Assembly: GCF_018350175.1 (NCBI RefSeq)
Contig: NC_058368.1
Coordinates: 150,910,001-150,974,000, forward strand
Length of the DNA: 64,000 bases
Source of the DNA: Felis catus
Lineage: Eukaryota
Direction: 5' to 3'
Shown: positions 1 to 12,700 of the stretch, one piece after another
Layout of the letters: every line of letters begins with the position of its first letter
Numbering within the stretch: the stretch's first letter is position 1
Translations under genes and position numbers: made by a program
Notes under the pieces: generated by a model
Told to the model about the DNA's origin: nothing
The model's input: only the letters and a program-made list of their open reading frames with translations
Database searches by the model: none

Positions 1-584
1 ACAAAATATGCAGAAGTGTACTGTCGTACAGACTATAAACTTAACCTACATGTCTGCACCTAAAATCTGAAAATATAGGGTAACTTACTATAAAGTTTAT
101 TTCCTCATCTCAAAAGAAATTTCCTCGAAAAAAAGTGTTAAATTAACAAAAATAAATGAAAGTTTTGGAAGGGAGCTTGAATGATTATAAGATAATTTTA
201 TATAATATTTACAGAGACCCAGAATTTTGGACTGACAGATTTCTCTTCATATTCTTTACCTGAGGAAAAAAAATCCAGTAGAAATGTTGTAAATAAGCTG
301 ACCATTGTCATTTATTAGTGAAGTTGCTTCTATTAAGCTGATATGGAAGGCATCTGATAGAGAAGATGATCGATCTTCAATGTTCTCTAGGAGCACAGGA
401 AAGACACGAAAAGAAGGTCAAAATGAAAAGCTCATTGTAGGGAATCAATCTGGAAAAAATAAAGTGAGGCATTATAAAGGAGAAGGAGAATGGCAATATT
501 CACCATAAATGGCATCAGTAATATCTGCCAGATTTTACCAAAGTTCTTTGGCTGAAGTAAGTATTTATGCAGTTTAAGCTTCAG

Positions 585-800
585 GAGAATATAGTCTTGA
601 GTTTAAATCGCAGCGTTACTACTTGCTTTGTAGCCTCAGGTAAGTTTTAAAGAATCTTGGAACTTCTCTCTTCATATTCATAACATAAAATAATAATAAT
701 CCCCACATATAAAGGGTTGTTGTACAGACTAAACAACATAGGTTAAGTGCCCAGTATAACATCTGTAATGTAGTAGATATCCTATAAATATTGCTTCCCT
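585..800 (+). mobile_element. MIR SINE, degenerate
   Basis: MIR-like order of segments: gagtttaaatcgcagc..., core-like cataaaataataataatcccc...agggttgttgtacagactaaa, and 3' tagtagatatcctataaatattg; boundaries approximate. Confidence 0.65.
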
Positions 801-3800
801 TTATCGCTTCAATTTTTTTATATAGCTCTTGTAATTCTCATCCTCCCATTGCCCTACTATCAATAATAAGTCAAAATTCCTGACGTGAAATCTTACAGAA
901 ATAGAGACAGTGTTTGTAACCAATATTAACGTAATGGATTCCTGATGGTTTGGACCTGAGACATATCACTCATTTTTATCTAGTGTGTATTTAGCCTTTG
1001 CTTATCCTAGTTTGATCACTGAATAATTAATAAAGACCTGAAGAAAGTTGCTCAATACCATGGCAATGGTACTTTCCCTTATATGGACATGGGTTTGAAG
1101 AGACAACTTTCTGATAACTACAAGATAATCTCCACAAGAAGTCTCCCAGGACCTTAGACAGAAATCTGAGATGCCAAAAGGAAAAAGACCCATAGTATTC
1201 TAAGAAAGAATTCTGCTTGTGATTACTCCTGCTGCCCCAAAATAATATGCTTTGTCCAAATAATGCTTTGGTCATCATGAAAAAAATGAGTGACTTCATT
1301 GACCTAACATTCATTTACTTATAAAACAAATTCTCAGAGGCAGAGAGTCATGCTTCCTAAGTAACAAACTTCATTCTGGTGAAAAATCATGGAATTTGGA
1401 TGAGTTTGACAGTGAGGGGAGGGACACGGGGAGAACGAGGATCTTTTCTCATTGCTTGAACTTTGCTTCACCAACATAACACTTGAAAGTATTTGGAAAA
1501 ACTTAAGGCAAAACTTTTGGAAGAAGATGTTCCACTTCTACTTGTTATACATGGTAGGTTTTCCAGGTACTAGCAATGATCTTAACCAAGGCGTTGGCCA
1601 CAATTGTTTTTCCTAGTATACTGCCGCCTCATTGAATCCTTACTTTAATACCAGCCTTATTTGAGACACTGCAGCGTGTTTTGTAGAATTAAATAGGCAT
1701 ATGGAATTAATATTAATTGAATCGCAAAAATGGACTCAATTTTATGTTGGAGATGCCATATATGATGGAAGCATGATAAACATTTTTTACTAAACGTAGC
1801 ACATAGACATATTGATCTTTTTTTTCCAAAGTCTATTATTTTTAATGTCAGTTGATCGCGCTCCTTAATGAAATGGTTTCTGCATATTTAAAATATGCAA
1901 ACATGAACTAGCGTGCTAAGTTGACTTTTAAACACATCTTTCTTTACAAACAGTGGTAGAACACCAAGAAAAGATTAGCTACATTATATTTCTGCCTAGA
2001 TCCTTGTCTTTTAACTATTAAATTGAATAGATTTTCTTATATCTCCTTATCACTGAGGTGATTTTTTTAAGACCAGTGAATACTGAATTAAACATATATG
2101 TGCTAAAAAGGCTGAACATACAACCTTTAAACAATTTTTTTGTCTTTATGGGCAAGCTGTTAATAAAGAGACATATGTGCTGTTTTATATATCCACATGC
2201 TTTACTACCATTTTTTAGATAAGCACCATAACTTAAGTTGTCTTCCACACAAAGTTCTGGCAAGCTTCAATAGATTCATTAGTGGGTTTTTCTTTACAAC
2301 CAACGAAGCTCAAAGAGCTCCTAACAATGGAGCTAATCACTGCCTCTTCCCTGACCCAAGCTTAGGTTTTCCCTCCTTTCACTCCAGACTCTTATTTCAT
2401 TTCTGAGCAATTGGATTTCCGTGGCACTCCCAGAACAAATAAATATCTCCCTTTCCCCCTGCTTACATCTTTTGTGTATATTTTTTCTATACGACTGCCC
2501 GTATTTAAACTAGTGTGGTAATGGCAGGGTTGTTCAGGTAATCTTTCATTGGACATAAATGGTGTAGCATTAAAATGCAGATAATGTTACTTCAATTAGA
2601 GAATGCTGTGCAAAACTTGAAAAAGACGTAGCTAAATGTTTGGACTAAACAAGTAAGTCTATGTTGTTAAGAGTGGGGCTGGGCAAGTTGCATTTTCAAT
2701 AGATCCCTTAATGAATAAATGTTAGACTGTATCAACAGTCCTGAACAGGCTTGTGGTTTGTGTGTGCATGAAGTGTAATGGTATCAATTGACTGGCTCTT
2801 TGTGGTTGCTATAAAGTACTCTTGAATGTGTCAATGGAGAGAAGGCCTGCAGACAATGAAGCCATGACAGCTGAATGTCAGCAGCGACCTTGAACCTAAA
2901 CTGGTTTCACCATTCCAGTGACTCTAGCTACAGTGAAGACATGCACTGGAGCCGGACCTTCGGCATTGCCTGTCATTTTCTGTGTTCAGATTCCCAGCAC
3001 TTAAGTGACAATTTCACCACATTGCTAGACCTTGCTAATATGCATCAGTGAACGTTCACTTATTAGTGATGGGGCTAACGATATGTTCAGCATTTTAATC
3101 AGACCTGCCTTGGCATTTAAAAATACAAAAAACAAAGCAAAACAAAGCATCGTTCTAGACTAAATGTTTCATATAAGCAAACTCATCCAGAGAAGATACT
3201 CAAAACATGTCTTTTCTGCAGCAACAGATCCTTTGATATCGATCTTGCATTACACAGCATTACCGCACATACATTACTACACTCTTTATTGCTGCAAATA
3301 GCACATGATTAGTTAATTAAAATATGGCATCAAGGAATAATTAATATTTGTAATGCAGTGTTTCTTTAATGAAAAACAAGAGAATTCTTCTAAAGGTCAC
3401 ATTTACAGATTAAATGTGTCTTTAACATAAATGGAATGTTATTAAGCTAGGCTCAATATTCAGGAGAGAACTACAAAGCCTTTTGTGGCAAAACACTATT
3501 AATGAATTCAAGAAACTGAATCCCTTTGCTAATGCTGGAGTTGAGCAAGGTTAGAAGCCCAACCACAACTGAATGTTCCTAATATGTTCACTGTCCTCTG
3601 TAGTGAAGAACTGAGGGCAGGGAAGGCAGGCAACTGGGCTGGGAAAAGGAAAGGCTGGAGGAAATAGAGGAAGAAAAGGAAGAGAGATAAGGGTGGAGAG
3701 GGAGAGAGAGATAGAAAAGAGAGAAGATTCTGATTGGTGAGAAACATATAACGATGTGTATGCAGCAGACAACAGCAATATCGAAAACTGGCATGAGTGT

Positions 3801-4200
3801 ATTGTGGGAAGGAGAGCCAATACAACTGCTGGTGTTATTAATATTATAGCACTATAAGCTGATTACAATTTATTCTATATAAAATGGGACATTTGCTAAA
3901 AAATAAAGAATGTAAAGAAAAGTATTAACTGTATAATTATGAACATAAGTAAATGCAAACTTGTTATTAGAATGTCCTTGTGGATTGATATGAGTGAGGT
4001 ATGACACTTCATTTTACTAGGACATCTCGGAGTCCTAATCATCAGTAAAAACTGTCGTGTGATACATTCTTTTTCAAAGTAAAGAAAAGTGAGGCACAAC
4101 TATCCTCTTGTTTCTCTGTGGCTATCCTAAGTTCTTATATACTGTAAATACTGAACTACCTGATTAAATTTGTCCTTACAAGTCCTTTGCAATATATGGC

Positions 4201-4220
4201 GGGGGGGGGGGGGGGGGGGG
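4201..4220. repeat. G20 homopolymer
   Basis: 20 consecutive G. Confidence 0.95.
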
Positions 4221-4396
4221 AGCCTCTGTAGGCTACATTTGTCTTTTACTTGAAAAAGCCAAATGTTGACAAAAATTTTTCAGTAAGTACTAACAAGAGA
4301 AGGTCACACATGTTTCAAAATACAATTTTTAAAAATCTTTAAAATAAACATGCTGCTATGAAAAATGCTTATTATCCAAAAAACATGGGCATAAAG

Positions 4397-4399
4397 TTT

Positions 4400-4431
<32 letters not shown>

Positions 4432-4442
4432 TTATTTATTTA
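4397..4442. repeat. (TTTA)n microsatellite
   Basis: About 11 near-perfect TTTA units. Confidence 0.9.
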
Positions 4443-6421
4443 GTAGGATGATTATTTTACATCTATTTTATCAGATCATTGTTGTATTGTATTGCAGAAA
4501 CAAAGGTAAATACATCATCTTGATTTCACACTTCAGTTAAAATATGTATCGTGTGAAAAATGATATTATAAAGATTATTAAGCTACAAAAAATAACCTAT
4601 AAACACTTTTACAACAGATATTCAAGTTATAATCTAAAATCATCATCAATTGTCCCAGGATAAAAAAATGTGCAAAATTTAGCATAAAGATAGTTCTTTT
4701 TGGCCTTAAAGTCAAAGTGCAATGAAGAAAATAAATAATGAAATAGAAACATTTTCTTGCATTAACTTTTACGTGTGTATTTCCTAGAAAGAAAGATAAT
4801 TCCCTTTCTAATCTTTATAGATGTGTTTGCAAAGTTGAACATTCAACCTACACTTTCGTACATTAGAATTAGCACTTGTAAGTGGGCTGATGTTATTAGC
4901 TGGGAGCTTTACAATATTATCTGCATCATATATTTATTCTTAAAGTGATTCTGCATCTTTATAATTTTCCCAAATAGAAGTTTTATACCAGAAAGAAGAT
5001 ATTAGCATCACCTAGTCTTATTTTGATTTATTGAGATTTATATGAATTATAATCACTAGGAATATATCATTGAGAAAGAGGTCTGAGAGGCTGCGTGAGG
5101 GGCAAGTGCTTGTTCATTTCCCCTCTGACATCTAAGAGGTGGAATCAGAAATGGCCCAGGTTTCTTGATTCTACCACAATGCTGTCCCTACCACACAAGT
5201 GTCTATTCCCATTTTGTTGGAGGGTAACCTGTTTGTTCCTCTCCAGAAACAAGAGACCATGGGTTCTGTTCAGTCCGCTTCCTCGTGTGTACTTTTATTA
5301 GCCAATAGACTAGTTAAGAAAATTCTTTCTATATACTGTATATTTTGTAGCTGTTTACCCTTCTAATATTGATATAACTGATATTTTGAAAAACAGATGA
5401 AGAGGAAACATCCTGTTAAAATAAAACCTAACCAGCACGCCCCCCCCCCCAAAAAAAAATCAAACAGCCTCTTTGCTCTGCTCTGTGAAGAGCTCTCAAG
5501 AAGACGAGCTCCAAATCTTGAAACAGTTGACGGTTGGAATGAACACCTATTTTTGCTGTTACAGTTATTTTAAAGTAGGATAATTCTCAAATGAGAATTA
5601 ATCCCCCATGCATATATAGGTTATGGAATTTAAGTTTAAATACAAAAGTAGTCAGAAATGAAATTCAGGTTAACAGGTCAACACAACGCCTACGGAGGCA
5701 CTCGTTTTTTTGGCCTACATACACAGCAATCTTGACGAAACCCAAATGTATGTGGTGATGTCTGAAAATGTACCCTTCATGGGATGGGTAAAGGACGTAT
5801 TTAGTAAACATCTGACTATGTTACTTAAGACAATATTCTACATAAATGCTTGCACTATGAAGAAATGATGGATTATTCCATGAATAAATATGTGACTATG
5901 CCAGAATTTGTGGTGGAAAATGTTGTATAAGAAACATGCATTCATATGGATTTATTTTTGTACTTTAAGGTACACTTCATAAAGGTATATGCTAAGTAGG
6001 TTTTTATTCAACATATGTAAACATAAAGAAGGATCATTTTAGAATGTCCTTCATTCTCTTAAAGTCCCTTGAACTTTTTATTCTCAAAAGAAAAAAAAAA
6101 GGACAGTGGTAGGGGTGAACTTGAATTACTTATTTTCAAATTTCAGTGGTGTGCATATTTAAAATTCACCTTTACTTGTGTATTTATTCAGCAAATGTTT
6201 CTTTAGTCTATTATATGTCAGGTTCCATGTTAAAAAGAAAAAAAACCACTGTATTTCTGTGCCAACTTTCATTCTTTTTGTTTGTTTTTAAGCACTTAGT
6301 TTTTCAACTTTTGCAAGCTACAAGAAAGATGCAAAAATTTCACAAGGTTTGGTTAAATGTGGACTTTGACTTGAGAACCAGGCAATAGCCCCACACTGGG
6401 TCTGGCCACTCTTCCCGCGCG

Positions 6422-6439
6422 CCCCCCCCCCCCCCCCCC
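6422..6439. repeat. C18 homopolymer
   Basis: 18 consecutive C. Confidence 0.95.
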
Positions 6440-6556
6440 ATCGATGAAGGGGCTCTTCAACCCCTCCTTGCCCCTCTCAGGATAAAACAACTGTTCTTAA
6501 AGCAGAACTACTCAGCTCTGAATTTATTCTGGACTCTACACATTCAAATTTGAAAG

Positions 6557-6760
6557 TAACCACTATTCTGGAGCATCTCTTATGTTTCAGATATAGTACT
6601 GGTTATTTTGTCAGATATTTTATGTATATTTATGTAATTTTTAGAGTCACTACGTAAGGAAGAAATTGCTGAGGCTCAGTAAGACAATGCAATTGGCTCC
6701 AAATGAGTACAAGCAGCAGTTCGAACCCAGATCTCACTCCCAGACCGGCACTCTTACAAA
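6557..6760 (-). mobile_element. MIR SINE, degenerate
   Basis: Reverse-strand MIR hallmarks gagcatctcttatgt..., gctgaggctcag and ttcgaacccagatct. Confidence 0.65.
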
Positions 6761-9700
6761 TTCCTATGTGCCAAAATGACCATCTGATTCACACAAGGCA
6801 AGCAGCATCTGTAATTGAGTGGAAATATTAGTTGAACTAGAATTTGGATGAATAGATTTTTTTAAGCCCCTAGATACAGATGCTTATGAGCAAAAAAGTA
6901 AGCAAAGAGGCACTTATCTAGTACATACAAGCATGAACTCAGGTTACACAAACTCTAACTACATACCAGCCCACCCCCACCCCTCTGTCAGCCTCCCTTG
7001 AAACACCATGCTCTTCTTCTCTGCAACACAGGTGGGGACCAAAAGGGATTCTTAGTGGGATAATGACTTTAATTTGGGGTTGCTGCTAGAGCCAGTTATG
7101 ATTCCATTCCTATACATGCCATCTTTCACTCTAGGTGGTCCCACACTGCTAGAAGTCAAGGAGTGAGTGAGAGCAGTGTAGCAAGTTCATTCTTGTTAGA
7201 GACCTGATCAAGGTTGACATCTTTCAAAAGAAGTTTAGCCAGCGCCCAAATATTCAATATTCCTACAAATTTAATTTCTTTAGTTCCATTTGAATTGTTC
7301 TGTTCTTACCAAACAAAATTTTCCCACAAGAAAGAGAAAAGTTGATTCTTCGTATCAGAGCTCATGTTTCACGTAAAATCAACTTCTTGTAAAGGAAAGC
7401 TTAAGTAAATGAAAGGTGGCTACTTCCTGATCTTAATTATAGTACAATTTATTTTTGTTCACCTGTGTTATAAAGCTGTAAAGATTAACATTAAACTATA
7501 CAAAAATATAAAACTCTTTACATGTTTTGTGATCCAACATGGAGCCAGATCACTGTCAATTAAATGTACGAAACAGCAATAATGCCCACACCCCGGTTTC
7601 CTCTCACCTAAACTCTACAACAAATGTCCAGCTTCAGACATTTTCAAACAGAAAAGTAACTTGCATTCATTTTTGTAAGACATTTAAAAATATGTAATGT
7701 GTACATGTGATGATTATAGTACCAAAAACAAACGTTTTTATCAAACTTCGCTTTTGGGGAACATGAATTATTTTACTCTTTTCTATCATGCTATTGTCTT
7801 AAAATAATCCAAATCAACACAAATATATTTTGTAATGTCATACTTAAGATGATACGATTTGCAGAGGTAAAGATTCTCCTGTACCTACCCTAGTTGCTTG
7901 TCCTGTTGATTCATAATTGATAGTATCAGCTAAAATTGGTTGGACAGTTTTAGAAACGAATGAAATAGTGTATTCACATTAATGCTGAAGTAATTATTAA
8001 TAAAATCCTAAAAAGGAGTGCTATTGATCAGAAAGAAAAATGTAGTTTCATTTTACTTGTTATCACAGAAAGTTATATTCATACTATCATGTAACTAAAC
8101 ACATTTGGAGACATCATGCAAATCTACCTGTCATGCTGAATTACAAACTACTGAGGAAACCACTAATAACATTAACAAATAAAAACAGCATTATTCAGTA
8201 TTTAACTGCTCTTTGTCTGAAAGCATATGAGAACTGCCACTTGTAAGTACCAAGTGCCATTTAAATGATTAATCAATGAATTTGTGGTAACAAATTCTCT
8301 GACTTTCTGTAATGAGGTCAGTTCCCTACAACGTGACCTCACATTTTAAGATGCAGTCACCTTAAAATGGTGACATCCGTGAGTTCAGAGTACCAGAAGT
8401 ATATGGGCACTAGGAAATATGAGATACTTTTGGGTGCTTCAAGGTCCACTGCTATTTGGATGTTTGATACACCATAAACAAAATCATGTCATGCAAATAT
8501 ATTGACCACAAAACAGGAAAAATTCAGGGGAACTCAGCACATGACACGAATTTGGTGGTATCTCCAGACTAACAGAAAAAAGGGGATCCATTCCTACCAT
8601 GCTGAAAATACTGGTTTTCTTTAGGACATATGAGGGGAAAAAAAATTCATACACATTAGGTCAACGTAAATTCAACAGTCCTCAAAAATTAAGGAACAGT
8701 TTGGCAGCAATATCTGAGATTTAGAGTCTTGGTTTATAGCACATGGTAAGCTTTATTCATGGAATACAAAATCTAATTTATAACATCTTTCTCTGTCATC
8801 ATTATGTGAGTATAGGTGTAAATTTACCTTGGGCTGATTCAATTTACACAAAATGACTTGGACTTTGGACCATTTATATAGTATATTTTATTTTATTTTA
8901 AATGCCTTTCTCATAAAAAAAATAAGTTTTTTAGTAACTAGGCTGCATGGTTTGGATATTGTCTTTTCATATGTCTCCAGAAAGTTACCTCCTGAAAGAA
9001 TACCTCACTGTCCATATTTCTGTTTTCCATCATCAGCAAGGCAAAGAAAATGAAGGGTCTCCTCACTGAATCTGCATCTCAGTATGTGAGAATTTATAAA
9101 AGTCAAGTATCTCAGTCCCAATGTAGATATGGTACATTCCTCTCCTCAGAGTCTACAACAAATTGCCTATCTTCTTTCAACACGCATCCAAAGTTTAACA
9201 GCCACAGATGCATTATGAACCTTTCTTGGCTAGGCCCTATATACAAGGTATAGACTAGAAAGTACATTATTCCAATTAAAGTGTTCTTGTTTCCTTTAGA
9301 ATATCATCCAGCAGACACCTTAGCCATATTAAGTGGTTGACAGATAGCATAAACAAAAATAGGTTTTACATTGCAGCTGTACACAATACACCTTTGTACA
9401 GCTGACTGACTGCTTACAACAATAAAAAATAATTGTAGCATTCTGCTGTCAAACTTTCTGACTAGTTTATAGTGAACTTCAAAAATATGTTTCCTTTTTC
9501 TCAAATGCAATTAATTTGAAGATAAAAGTAATGTGGTGCCATGAAACATAAATGTTGCACCCCAAAGAGGAGACTGTTTGTTATCCAGTAACAATAGATA
9601 AAGTTCCACATCCCCATTTTTTCAAAGGAATTCAATGGTACCACTTAAGTATGCAAAGAAATGCTTCATGTGGCAAGAAGTACAATATGATTAATATAAA

Positions 9701-12700
9701 AAAATGAAAAGTATTTATTTACCAATTTTGACAGTTGTCATGGACATCACTGCTTCAAGTGGCATTTTTGACAAAACAATTTGCTGGCTGATAGTTACAG
9801 GGGAACTGAAAGATTTCTTTTTTCTCTGCGTATTTACAATATAAAAAAAATGCATCCTCAATGTAACTTTTCTGCTTAGGAGAAAAAAAGAATGAGTTCT
9901 ATAAAACAACCCATCCAGTGCAGTTTCTATAAGAACAAATGAATGCAAGTGTTAACAAGGCCTAATCTTCCCTTTTGTATTTGTTTCTTCATTAAGCTCT
10001 AACTATGCTCTAGCTCTTGTACCCTGAAGATTTGATGTGAAGATGGTATGACAGGCTTGGCTTCTCCCGATGCAGCTGGCACTCCTGATGCCAAAAGCCA
10101 GAGCTTGTGGTAGTGGGATCAGGAGAGAGTCGTTCGAGCACAGTTTGCCTGTCAGTTTCCCATCCGCCTGGCAGTGCAGCCCTCCCTTCCCGAGTCCCCT
10201 TAATGAGAAGTGGAGGACAATACCAGTATTGTTGTTTCTACTCGCAATCTTGTGGAAAGAACAATCGCTGTTTACCCAAGCATTTGTATTACCCAAACTC
10301 TGTCGATAATTACTTCTAGAGTCCCTGATTAACTCTGCTCTCTGCCTCAGCACAAAAAGCTATTGAGATAGACACCAGACAACTTTTCTCTTAGAGCCTT
10401 TTAACAGTTTACTGAATATGATTCAGTCCTCATATTTAGCAGAAGAATTCTACCTACATGATTTGCACTCAGCTCACCAAGAGCTTTTGAATCACGTAAG
10501 AAACTCAGGTACTTCGGAAGGCTTGAAAATTCCCCGTCACCCTACCTTCTCACTCCCCACCTCAAAAAAAAGTTAAAAAGCACTCCGTCCTCCCAGTTGA
10601 CATACTCTTGTACCTAGGAATCTATGACAAATATAAGCACATTTCAAGTAACAATGACAATTCTAGTCAGCTTATCGGTGTTAACTTTTTATGATGAAAT
10701 ATGTAGGAGAAAAATTTCTAGTTATTTAATTACTGTGCAATTTTATGATATGCTTTTGTTTTGTAAGACCTAACAAAATGGAACTGTTGCTATGTCTATT
10801 TCCATGATACTGGTAATAATTTTAATCTGTCACATCACTCCTACCCCCCTTCACGTCCCACCCCACATGCAGTCTGCTGTTAGCACTATGCAAAACAGCA
10901 TCATGAATATGCGTAATTATGGAGATTCATGGTAATTTTTCAGGGTTATCCGATGTGACGTTTATAGGACAGCAGCATACATCAATTTAAACGAGAGTGA
11001 CAAATATCTTATCCTTTATATTTCTATAGTATTTTTAATATTTTCCTGGCCCCTCTCTAGGGAGTAGTGTGAAATGGTAAGAACTTGAATAATAAAAATG
11101 TTAAACAATCAAATGCTTTACTAGAATGGTTTTTAAAGGCAAGTTTAAAAATGATTCTCTACCTGTTGAAGTTTAAAAAGTATAATATAATGAATTTTCT
11201 CTTATGCAACACTTTTTATCAAGCATCTTACACGTTTCCAAATGAACAAAAGCGTGGATATTTGCATGTACCATTTAAAGATGAGGTTGAATTGCTTAAT
11301 TACTTTTAAACTATGACTGCTTGCCTGACAGAATTATTTGGCAAATAATGGTCCACCAACTTTATTAAGCACAGGCATTTGAAACAATAATCTAATTGTG
11401 GCATATTTGAATTTTATTCTAAGTCTGTTGCACCTCTTGGAGACTTGCATATTATCTTTATCTCAGTGACTAATTAGTACTAGCTTGACAATTTCATATT
11501 TACGATGATTACCAAGTAGGAATCCTTTTCCTTGTTCTTTATGTTTGTCATGAATACTGTACAATATTAATTACATTGAAGATATAAAGAGCCCCACAAT
11601 TTGATTGAGAGACATCTTGAGTTTAAAGTGAGTAAGTGTGAATTGTATCAAGAATTTTAAATGGCGGGCAATTAATATCTATTTCTTATGCAGTCACTAA
11701 AAAAGACGAAATAACTGAGTGAGCTCAAATCATTATATCAGCCCAATTTTTAAGTGTATTAACAATGAAGTCATTAAAAATTGGCTTGATTGAAAACGAC
11801 CCTCCCCATTCCAACCACCTGAATTCAGAATTCCTTTTTCTCAAACATATATTTTCAGGATTTCGGGTTGAGGGTCAAACTTTCACAATTAAATGTTCCT
11901 CAGTACTTTCCTGGTAACACACCATCGTGAATACTCTCCCTACAATTAGCAGGGCCTACTGTGGAAGTAGACTGCTAATAGAAATAATAATGAAGGATAC
12001 CAGGGCATTAGTATGCCAGAGAAGGTTGAAGAAACCTAGTTTGCATGATGCATGTATAATTGTATGTTACATCTAAATATCACTGTATGTTGCTTTAGAA
12101 ATAATTACTTAGGAAAATATACTTAACTCCTCCCTTTTTTTAAGATCCCAATTTGATTAACAAATAAGTTCAGTGGTACATTACGTCTGAAAGGTAGCAG
12201 TGTCTTACATGACTGTGTTCTGTATTTGCATGTTTTTTTAAAGTGGCCCTTTCTGAAGATACACAATTGCTGTGTCTATACACACATATAAAGCAAAGTG
12301 AAGAATTGATGCAATCACCCAGATAATTCAAGGGAAAACTACTTTTGTCTCAATTATCTATTGCAAGCAAAAGTGAGGGGGGTTGGCGTGAATTGCTCAA
12401 ATAAGTGCCTGGATTCTCTTCACTTTGCACGTGTAGACACATTTTACAATATTTATGTTACCATTTGTAATTTACATATACATAAAGAAGAAATATTTCT
12501 TCATGAAAGATGACCAAAAATCTTTTCACAGCAATAACTTCTACTTTTTGGTTTTACCTAATTTTTGGTAAAGAGTCTGATTATTCTTGTGCATGTTATG
12601 TATGGTAATCGAATTAAGGCAAAACTAGATAGACTCATTTGTTCATTTATTAAATGCTTGGTTAATAACCTGATTTGTATACACGACACTGATAGCTCAC

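Noticed and set aside
8278..8297. GAATTTGT-ggta-ACAAATTC hairpin
   Set aside because: An 8-bp AT-rich stem is expected by chance in 64 kb
10003..10353. 116-aa minus-strand ORF as a CDS
   Set aside because: Non-ATG start, no recognisable homology, no convincing splice sites
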